DNA of 64,000 nucleotides, taken from Alphaproteobacteria bacterium. GTDB taxonomy: Bacteria > Pseudomonadota > Alphaproteobacteria > CAAHEQ01 > UBA3637. The position numbers were made by a program, and so were the translations under genes. The notes under the pieces were generated by a model. That model searched no databases and had not been told where the DNA came from. It was given only the letters and a program-made list of their open reading frames with translations. The stretch lies in NCBI GenBank assembly GCA_045635565.1, contig JAZTVX010000054.1, forward strand, positions 568 through 64,567, written 5' to 3'. Of this stretch, positions 56,647 to 64,000 are shown in pieces (positions within the stretch are counted from its first letter, which is position 1; each line of letters begins with the position of its first letter).

Positions 56647-56723
56647 TAAATAAATTTTGTGTTGTATGGTTAGACATATCAAAGAATTTATTTGAGTATT
56701 TTTGTGTGAATGGAAGAAAAAAC

Positions 56724-56751
56724 TTGAAATCATCTGTAAAATTTATACAAT
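56724..56751 (+). promoter_or_regulatory. Promoter of mnmG
   Basis: TTGAAA (56724-29), 16-nt spacer, TACAAT (56746-51). Confidence 0.45.
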
Positions 56752-56776
56752 AAAAGCATAAGAAAGAGAGGATTTT

Positions 56777-58627
56777 ATGGTTTTAATGTCATATGATGTT
56801 ATTGTTGTAGGGGGTGGTCATGCCGGTTGTGAAGCATGTGCGGCAGCGGCTCGTGTCGGTGCTAAAACATTATTGGTTACGCATCATATCGATACGATTG
56901 CCGATATGTCATGTAATCCGGCTATCGGTGGTTTAGGGAAGGGAACTCTTGTTCGTGAAATTGATGCGTTAGATGGATTGATGGGACGAGTTATTGATGC
57001 AACAGGGATTCAATTTCGTATTTTAAATCAATCGAAAGGACCTGCTGTGCATGGTCCACGTGCTCAAGCAGATAAGAACAAGTATCGTTCATATATGCAA
57101 AGTATTTTGAAATCCTATCCGAATTTAGATATATTAGAAGGTGACGTGCTGGATATTATTGAGCAAAATGGTCGAGTAACGGGTGTATTTGTAAATGATA
57201 TGGTTATTCGGGCTCGTTGCGTGATTGTTACGACCGGTACGTTTTTAAATGGTTTAATGCACATAGGGGAAGAAAAAACGGAAGGTGGACGTTTTGGTGA
57301 GGATGCTTCCAAAGGTATTACTCCTGCATTGATTCGTATGGGTTTTATGGTTGGTCGTTTAAAAACCGGTACGCCGGCTCGATTGAAAAAAGATTCAATC
57401 GATTGGTCACGCTGTGAACGACAAGATGGTGATATACCACCTAAGCCTTTTTCATTTATGACAAAAAATTTTAATCCCGAACAAGTGCCTTGTTATATCA
57501 CTCACACAACACCGGAAACCCATAAAATTATTTTAGATAATTTGGACAGAGCCCCCTTGTATAGTGGACAGATAAATTCAATCGGCCCTCGTTATTGTCC
57601 AAGTATTGAAGATAAATTGGTTCGTTTCGCTGGTCGGGATTCTCACCATATTTTTCTTGAACCGGAAACAAAAGACGGAGATTCAATTTATCCGAATGGT
57701 ATTTCAACTTCGTTACCCAAAGATGTACAGGAAGCGTTTTTACGAACTATCCCTGGTTTGGAACATGTTGAAATTTTACGTTATGCTTATGCTATTGAAT
57801 ATGATTTTGTTGATCCCCGTGAATTAAAAACAACTTTGGAAACAAAGAAAGTAAACGGATTATATTTGGCTGGACAAATTAACGGTACAACAGGTTATGA
57901 AGAAGCCGCAGGCTTGGGATTGGTTGCCGGTGTTAATGCTGCTTTGCAAGCAACTGATTCGGAAAAAAGACTTGTGTTTGATAGAGCTGACAGTTATTTA
58001 GGTGTGATGATTGATGATATTACGACTCAAGGTGTTGATGAACCATATCGTTTGTTTACGTCACGGGCTGAATATCGGTTAATTATGCGTGCGGATAATG
58101 CTGATTTACGTTTAACGGAAAAAGGGATACAGGTCGGTTGTATTTGTCAGGAACGGGCTGATGCTTTCTATCGTAAAAAATCAGCACTTCATCAGGCTAA
58201 AAAACATGTTTTGGAATTGAGTGAAACACCTCGTCGCTTAAATGAATTGGGTTTCACCGTTAATGAAGACGGTCATCGCCGAACGCCATATGATATGTTG
58301 TCATATCAGGGTGTTACATGGAATGATTTAGTGCGTGTGTGGCCCTTTTTGGGAACAATACCGCATGATGTAGCCAAACAATTGGAAATCGAAGGGCGTT
58401 ATCATGGATATTTGGCACGTCAACAACTTGATGTTGAAGCGTTTCGTAAAGATGAAGCTTTACGTATCCCCGAAAAAATTGATTATACTTTAATCGGAGG
58501 ATTATCGAATGAAATTGTCGGGCGTTTAAATAAAACGCGACCGGAAACGATCGGAGCCATGATGCGTATGACGGGTATGACACCAGCTGCCGTGACGGCT
58601 GTTATTGCTTATTTGAAGAAGAAATAA
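56777..58627 (+). CDS. mnmG: tRNA uridine 5-carboxymethylaminomethyl modification enzyme
   Basis: [23 protein letters not shown] and [13 protein letters not shown] motifs. 616 aa. Confidence 0.95.
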   Translation: MVLMSYDVIVVGGGHAGCEACAAAARVGAKTLLVTHHIDTIADMSCNPAIGGLGKGTLVREIDALDGLMGRVIDATGIQFRILNQSKGPAVHGPRAQADKNKYRSYMQSILKSYPNLDILEGDVLDIIEQNGRVTGVFVNDMVIRARCVIVTTGTFLNGLMHIGEEKTEGGRFGEDASKGITPALIRMGFMVGRLKTGTPARLKKDSIDWSRCERQDGDIPPKPFSFMTKNFNPEQVPCYITHTTPETHKIILDNLDRAPLYSGQINSIGPRYCPSIEDKLVRFAGRDSHHIFLEPETKDGDSIYPNGISTSLPKDVQEAFLRTIPGLEHVEILRYAYAIEYDFVDPRELKTTLETKKVNGLYLAGQINGTTGYEEAAGLGLVAGVNAALQATDSEKRLVFDRADSYLGVMIDDITTQGVDEPYRLFTSRAEYRLIMRADNADLRLTEKGIQVGCICQERADAFYRKKSALHQAKKHVLELSETPRRLNELGFTVNEDGHRRTPYDMLSYQGVTWNDLVRVWPFLGTIPHDVAKQLEIEGRYHGYLARQQLDVEAFRKDEALRIPEKIDYTLIGGLSNEIVGRLNKTRPETIGAMMRMTGMTPAAVTAVIAYLKKK

Positions 58628-58726
58628 ATATTTTGTCAGTGATTTTGTGCTTTTGTAGCTCAAAAGATGCGATTTCTCTTTAGATAAGTTTTTTTGTTTG
58701 AAATGAGAAAAGATTGAATTGTATAT

Positions 58727-58765
58727 AAAAAAACGTTCTGTTTTTGTAACAGAACGATTTTTTTA
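58727..58765. terminator. Bidirectional terminator between mnmG and nusB
   Basis: Stem CGTTCTGTT/AACAGAACG flanked by A7 and T7. Confidence 0.75.
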
Positions 58766-58779
58766 TTAGTTGATATATT

Positions 58780-59253
58780 TTATGAACGCATAATACGGGC
58801 ATATTTATCTAAAATAGCATTAACCAAACGGGATTCCGGTCCTTCGAAAAAGGCATGTGTCATATCTGTATATTCATTGATAATAATGGGTGTATCCAAA
58901 TTTGGATTGACATAAAATTCAGCCATGCCGACTTTTAAAATACATTTAATCAAAATTTCCAATCTTTCGAAATCAATTTTAGCTGAAATATTATTTCTGA
59001 TAACATCAGTTAAAACATCTTCATGTTCTTTAACGGCATTAACTAAACCGGTAAACAACGAAGCATCTGCTGCTTCAATGGTAATGTATTCTTCACGTCC
59101 GGCAATACCATCTTTGATTACAACACCACCAGTATCACCCATTAGAAAGCGAGAAACCGTTTTTTCCCAACTTTCATCGGATAATTCTTTGGCATAGACG
59201 GCTTGAACAGCCATTAAACGGGCATTTGTAAATTTTTGATTTGAGTTTTGCAT
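58780..59253 (-). CDS. nusB: Transcription antitermination factor NusB
   Basis: ARLMAVQAVYA start, about 157 aa, downstream of nrdR and glyA. Confidence 0.85.
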   Translation of the reverse strand: MQNSNQKFTNARLMAVQAVYAKELSDESWEKTVSRFLMGDTGGVVIKDGIAGREEYITIEAADASLFTGLVNAVKEHEDVLTDVIRNNISAKIDFERLEILIKCILKVGMAEFYVNPNLDTPIIINEYTDMTHAFFEGPESRLVNAILDKYARIMRS

Positions 59254-59708
59254 TATTTTTCCTCTGTTAATCTGATGGCGAAGTCATTAAAATCCTGCAT
59301 GGAGTTAAAGTTTTTATAAACGGAAGCATAACGTAAATAAGCCACTTTGTCAATTTTTAATAATGCATCCATCGCCATTTCTCCAATAAGAGATGATGGA
59401 ATTTCTGTTTCAGAACTTTGTTCTAATTGACGAATAATTGAATTGACAATACGTTCGATTCCATCCGAATCAACGGCACGTTTCCTTAATGCCAGAAAAA
59501 TAGAACGATGTAATTTTTCCCGTTCAAAAGGAACACGGACATCATTTTTTTTCACAACAATCAAATCACGATTTTGAACATATTCAAATGTCGTAAAACG
59601 TTCTTGACAATTCGGACATTGCCGACGCCGACGAATCGATGAAAAGTCATCACTAGGACGAGAATCTTTTACCTGACTATCTGTGCAACCACAAAAAGGA
59701 CAACGCAT
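59253..59708 (-). CDS. nrdR: Transcriptional repressor NrdR
   Basis: MRCPFCG...VKDSRP...RRRRQCPNC zinc ribbon plus an ATP-cone. Confidence 0.95.
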   Translation of the reverse strand: MRCPFCGCTDSQVKDSRPSDDFSSIRRRRQCPNCQERFTTFEYVQNRDLIVVKKNDVRVPFEREKLHRSIFLALRKRAVDSDGIERIVNSIIRQLEQSSETEIPSSLIGEMAMDALLKIDKVAYLRYASVYKNFNSMQDFNDFAIRLTEEK

Positions 59709-59709
59709 A

Positions 59710-61008
59710 TTATTCTCCTAAACCGTTCCGATAAATCGGGAAAGCATGACATAGTTGTGAAACTTCACGACGGACATCTGCAACAACCGTATCTTTTTCA
59801 CTAGGATTTGTTGCCAAAGTATCTAAAATACGCACAATCATCAATCCGATTTGTTCAAATTCTTTTGTACTAAACCCCCGTGTCGTACCAGCCGGACTGC
59901 CAATACGTAAACCAGATGTAATTGTCGGTTTTTCCGGATCATTAGGAACGCTGTTTTTATTACAGACTAAATGTGCTTCAGCAAGTGCATCACAGGCATC
60001 CTTACCCGTAATGCCTTTGTTTCTTAAATCAATTAAAACGAGATGTGTATCTGTTCCGTTTGATACCAGATTATATCCGTGTGATTTTAAAATTTCTGCC
60101 ATGATATCAGCATTTTCAACAACTTGTCTGGCATACTCTTTAAAGGATGGGTGTAATGCTTCGCCAAAAGCCACCGCTTTTGCAGCAATAACATGCATTA
60201 ACGGACCACCCTGTAATCCAGGGAAGATGGCAGAATTGATTTTTTTTGCAATATCGGCATCATTCGTCAAAATCATACCACCACGGGGACCTCTTAATGT
60301 TTTGTGAGTTGTTGTTGTGACGACATGAGCATATTGTAATGGGTTCTCATACATCCCACCGGCAACAAGACCGGCAAAATGGGCCATATCAACCATTAAA
60401 TAAGCCCCGACTTTATCAGCAATTTTTCTAAATTTTTCAAAATCAATTTTTCGGGCATAAGCTGAACCCCCTGCAATAATCAGTTTGACTTTGTTACTGA
60501 CAGCAATTTGTTCAACTTCATTCATATCAATGTAACCTGTTTCTGAGTTGACACCATATGAAAAACTGCGATAGTATTGACCGGAAGAAGATACTTTTGA
60601 GCCATGTGTTAAGTGACCACCCGCATCTAAACTCATTCCCAAAATGGCATCATTCGGTTCTAATAAAGCCATGTAAACAGCGGCATTGGCTTGTGAACCG
60701 GAATGGGGTTGGACATTGACAAATTGTGCATTAAAAAGTTTTTTGGCTCTTTGAATGGCTAATCGTTCAACATCATCAACCCATTCACATCCATGATAAT
60801 ATCTTTTACCGGCGTAACCTTCGGCGTATTTATTGGTCAAAACACTGCCCATAGTTTGCATGACGGCTTGTGAAACAATATTTTCTGATGCAATTAATTC
60901 AATATGGTCTTGTTGACGCCACAATTCTTTTGTTATTAAACGAAATACATCAGAATCGCTTTCAATCAATGGTTGGTGAAAATATTGATAATTATTTTTC
61001 GAAATCAT
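59710..61008 (-). CDS. glyA: Serine hydroxymethyltransferase
   Basis: [26 protein letters not shown] (PLP lysine context). Confidence 0.95.
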   Translation of the reverse strand: MISKNNYQYFHQPLIESDSDVFRLITKELWRQQDHIELIASENIVSQAVMQTMGSVLTNKYAEGYAGKRYYHGCEWVDDVERLAIQRAKKLFNAQFVNVQPHSGSQANAAVYMALLEPNDAILGMSLDAGGHLTHGSKVSSSGQYYRSFSYGVNSETGYIDMNEVEQIAVSNKVKLIIAGGSAYARKIDFEKFRKIADKVGAYLMVDMAHFAGLVAGGMYENPLQYAHVVTTTTHKTLRGPRGGMILTNDADIAKKINSAIFPGLQGGPLMHVIAAKAVAFGEALHPSFKEYARQVVENADIMAEILKSHGYNLVSNGTDTHLVLIDLRNKGITGKDACDALAEAHLVCNKNSVPNDPEKPTITSGLRIGSPAGTTRGFSTKEFEQIGLMIVRILDTLATNPSEKDTVVADVRREVSQLCHAFPIYRNGLGE

Positions 61009-61453
61009 GAGGCATCCTTTCTAACTTATTAACCCGAACAATATGGCGACCACCTTCAAAAGGTGTTGTCAGGAAGTTTTTAACGCATTCAATAGCGGTT
61101 TTTTCATCAATGAAACGTCCCCCGAGAATAAGTACATTTGCATTATTGTGCTGACGGGCAAGTGTTGCTAACTCCGGTGTCCATACAAGAGCCCCTCGAA
61201 TATAGTTATATCGATTGATGGCGATGCTCATACCAATGCCTGAACCACAGATTAAAATACCGTAATGGGCTTCACCTCGTTCAATTCCTTCGGCCATTTT
61301 AGCTGCTTTGTCCGGATAATCAACCGGTACACTCGAATCATTTGCACCGTAGTTGTGAACTTGAATATCATTTTCAATAAGCCATTTCCTGATGGATTCT
61401 TTTAATGGACAACCGGCATGATCAGCGGCAATGATAACATTTTTTACTTGCAT
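60992..61453 (-). CDS. rpiB: Ribose-5-phosphate isomerase B
   Basis: [10 protein letters not shown] and [16 protein letters not shown]. Start is placed at MQVKNV; the ORF track extends to 61534. Confidence 0.85.
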   Translation of the reverse strand: MQVKNVIIAADHAGCPLKESIRKWLIENDIQVHNYGANDSSVPVDYPDKAAKMAEGIERGEAHYGILICGSGIGMSIAINRYNYIRGALVWTPELATLARQHNNANVLILGGRFIDEKTAIECVKNFLTTPFEGGRHIVRVNKLERMPHDFEK

Positions 61454-61509
61454 AATGTTCTTTTTCCCCTTATAACAGAATAATGATAAATGATAATAGA
61501 CAAATTGAA

Positions 61510-61971
61510 ATGAAAAAACAACCATTTTTAACAACGGATATTAAATTTCTTTCTTCCATTCAGGGTCGTATTTTAGGGATTGATTACGGTTCTATTCGAA
61601 TTGGTCTTGCATTATCAGATACTAATCAGCAAATTGCAATGCCTTTTAAGACTATTTTTAAATTGAAAGAATTAGATGATATTGTTCCGTCAAAAGATGT
61701 TCATGCTTTTGTTGTCGGATTACCACTTCAAACGGATGGAACAGAAGGATTTATTGCTGGTCAAGTCCGTTTGTTTTGTCAGCGTTTGATTGAAAAATAT
61801 GATTTGCCTGTTCTTTTAATCGATGAACGATATACATCTAAATATGCACAAGAAGCCATGCAGGGACGTTGTATGCGTCAAAAACGTCAACAACAGGTTT
61901 TAGACAGTGAAGCCGCTGCCCGTATTTTACAAAAAGCACTGAATTTGCTTCAAAACGAAGCAAAATATTAA
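61510..61971 (+). CDS. ruvX: Holliday junction resolvase-like protein RuvX/YqgF
   Basis: ILGIDYGSIRIGLALSD and DERYTS motifs. Start is placed at MKKQPF; the ORF track starts at 61483. Confidence 0.85.
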   Translation: MKKQPFLTTDIKFLSSIQGRILGIDYGSIRIGLALSDTNQQIAMPFKTIFKLKELDDIVPSKDVHAFVVGLPLQTDGTEGFIAGQVRLFCQRLIEKYDLPVLLIDERYTSKYAQEAMQGRCMRQKRQQQVLDSEAAARILQKALNLLQNEAKY

Positions 61972-63926
61972 AAAAAACTATATGGATCAATGTCGACCCG
62001 TAAATCGATACCGGCAGGAGTTGGTGTTTGTATTAACCATTCCTGAATAATAGATTGCAGGCGTGTTTCTTTGGTTGTTTTAATCAAAACACGGTAGCGA
62101 TATTTTCCTCTTAACAAAGATAAAGGAGCAGGGACAGGTCCTAAAACATCAAACCCTGCCATAAACGGGGCTTTTTTAACTAATAGATGGGCATATTGTG
62201 CAACGGTCGTTTGGTGTTTTCCACTGATAATAAAAGCAGCTAATCGTCCAAACGGGGGCATGTTTAATGTTTGTCTGGATGTTACTTCTTCTTTTAAAAA
62301 CAAATCCCTGTCATTGTTTTTCAGTGCTTGAATAATCATGTTATTCGGGGCATATGTTTGAATGATGGCCATTCCTTTTTTTTGTTCACGACCAGCACGT
62401 CCCATGACTTGTTGAAGTAGTTGAAATGTTCTCTCTCCGGCACGCAAATCTCCACCCGACAATCCCATATCTGCATCAATAATACCAACCAGAGTTAAAT
62501 TACCGAAATGGTGACCTTTTGCTAAAATTTGCGTGCCGATTAAAATATCAATTTCTTGATTATTCATTTGATTGATGATGTCGGCAAAGTGTTTGGGATT
62601 GCTCAATGTATCAGATGTAATGACTGCTAAGCGAGCATCAGGAAACAATGTTTGTGCTTCTTCATGAATCCGTTCAACTCCCGGACCACAAGAAACAAAA
62701 CAGTCTGTTTGTTCGCATTTGGGGCATTTTTGTGGTAAACTGCGTGTGTAACCACAGTGATGGCATTGTAAACATTTTTTTTGTTTATGCTGAACCAACC
62801 AAGCCGAACAATGAGGGCATTGTAAACGTTCTCCACAACTGCGACACAAAACCAAAGGAGCATATCCCCGTCGATTAAGAAATAACAATGATTGTTCGTT
62901 TTTTTCTAAACGTTCTTTTAATTTTTCACGCAATAAGGGGGAAATAAATCGAACATTTCCTTTTTCCTTTTGACGCATGTCGGCCAAGATAATTTCGGGT
63001 AATTCTGCTCCTGAAAATCGTGTTGGTAAAACAACATGATAATATTTCCCGTTTTGAACATTACAAAATGTTTCGACACTGGGTGTTGCTGATGCCAAAA
63101 TAATCGGAATATTAGCAATTTTTGCCCGTACAACAGCCATATCCCGTGCATGATATAAAACGCCGTCTTCTTGTTTGAATGATGAATCATGTTCTTCATC
63201 GATAATAATCAGTTGAAGTCGTTGAAACGGTAAAAATAAGGCAGAGCGAGCACCAACGATTACACGCGCTTTTCCATTTGAAATGGCTTTCCATGTGTCA
63301 CGGCGTTGTTTGGGCGTAATGTTAGAATGCCACACAGCCGGTTGTGTGCCGAATCGTTTTTCGAATCGATTCAACCAGGCACTTGTTAATGTGATTTCGG
63401 GTAAAAGAACCAAAATTTGCCCATCTTTTTGCAGAGCCTTTGAAATCATTTCGAAGTAAACCTCCGTTTTTCCTGACCCTGTAACGCCATCAAGTAAAGT
63501 AACAGAAAAATCTGATTCGCAAATTTCATACAATTCTTCAATAGCATTTTGTTGTGCCGGAGAAAAGAATATTTGTTTGAAATCAGGGTTAGGCGTGTGA
63601 AATTGAGTTGGTTTCTTGCTTTCTTTTTCAATTTCACCTGTCATACTCATTTTGAGAATGCTTCCCAAAGGTGATAGTGTATATTTTGCAACCCAGTTAA
63701 TAAATTGTATATGTTCATTTGTTAATGGAGGAATATCGGATACGCTTTCGATGTGTTTCATTTTGTCTTCGGGATAAGTTAAGTCTGGTTCTTTATTCCA
63801 AACAACACCGAGTAATTTTTTTCGACCAAACGGAGCAACGACAAAATGACCGATATCAACAGGAATGTCGGATAAATAGTCATAACACCCCAGTGGTGTC
63901 GGAAATAAAACAGATATGCGTTGCAT
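61968..63926 (-). CDS. priA: Primosomal protein N' (replication restart helicase)
   Basis: Walker A GVTGSGKTEVY, DEEH box, and Cys-rich zinc region CRSCGERLQCPHC...CHHCG...CPKC. Confidence 0.95.
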   Translation of the reverse strand: MQRISVLFPTPLGCYDYLSDIPVDIGHFVVAPFGRKKLLGVVWNKEPDLTYPEDKMKHIESVSDIPPLTNEHIQFINWVAKYTLSPLGSILKMSMTGEIEKESKKPTQFHTPNPDFKQIFFSPAQQNAIEELYEICESDFSVTLLDGVTGSGKTEVYFEMISKALQKDGQILVLLPEITLTSAWLNRFEKRFGTQPAVWHSNITPKQRRDTWKAISNGKARVIVGARSALFLPFQRLQLIIIDEEHDSSFKQEDGVLYHARDMAVVRAKIANIPIILASATPSVETFCNVQNGKYYHVVLPTRFSGAELPEIILADMRQKEKGNVRFISPLLREKLKERLEKNEQSLLFLNRRGYAPLVLCRSCGERLQCPHCSAWLVQHKQKKCLQCHHCGYTRSLPQKCPKCEQTDCFVSCGPGVERIHEEAQTLFPDARLAVITSDTLSNPKHFADIINQMNNQEIDILIGTQILAKGHHFGNLTLVGIIDADMGLSGGDLRAGERTFQLLQQVMGRAGREQKKGMAIIQTYAPNNMIIQALKNNDRDLFLKEEVTSRQTLNMPPFGRLAAFIISGKHQTTVAQYAHLLVKKAPFMAGFDVLGPVPAPLSLLRGKYRYRVLIKTTKETRLQSIIQEWLIQTPTPAGIDLRVDIDPYSFF

Positions 63927-63970
63927 TTTTCGTAACTTTATATATAATGTTTTTTTAGAGGATAACGAAA

Positions 63971-64000
63971 ATGACCGAAGAATACAACCCCTTAATCCAC
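63971..64000 (+). CDS. 5' end of an ORF running off the window (MTEEYNPLIH...)
   Basis: SD GAGGA 8 nt upstream of the ATG. Only 10 codons are visible. Confidence 0.3.
   Translation, partial: MTEEYNPLIH

Overview
This is an AT-rich, gene-dense bacterial chromosome segment with about 60 protein genes and one tRNA-Val. I found no rRNA, CRISPR array or transposase. The backbone is ordinary housekeeping: accBC, rpsA-cmk, parC, rlmN, ftsEX, miaB-phoH-ybeY, mtaB-ftsY, mutL, pgi, lspA, gltX, mnmG, nusB-nrdR-glyA-rpiB, ruvX and priA. Several markers suggest an alphaproteobacterium: a FYDLN-acid zinc-ribbon protein next to cmk, an MJ0042-type zinc ribbon opposite ftsEX, an IalB-like protein next to rlmN, and an RppH/InvA-like Nudix protein. 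The interspersed accessory genes suggest a host-associated or intracellular lifestyle (Rickettsiales/Holosporales-like). They include ankyrin, Sel1, pentapeptide-repeat, 12-TM/HEAT fusion, C-type-lectin-like and signal-peptide GT2 glycosyltransferase genes, plus a stand-alone VirD4-type coupling protein. The taxonomy is inference only, because I could run no searches. The most interesting loci are: (i) a possibly leaderless operon of a pentapeptide-repeat protein plus an orphan T4SS coupling protein (44.0-47.9 kb); (ii) a 12-TM/HEAT fusion followed by a separate cNMP-binding protein after ftsY (34.6-37.8 kb); (iii) a promoter-to-terminator structured element of about 205 nt beside decayed SHOCT/DUF805 genes (10.7-11.25 kb); (iv) two signal-peptide-bearing GT2 paralogues, one partnered with a transglutaminase-like protein that lacks its catalytic Cys and His; (v) tandem double-hairpin repeats at the left edge; (vi) an ankyrin-repeat gene behind a perfect consensus promoter next to tRNA-Val.
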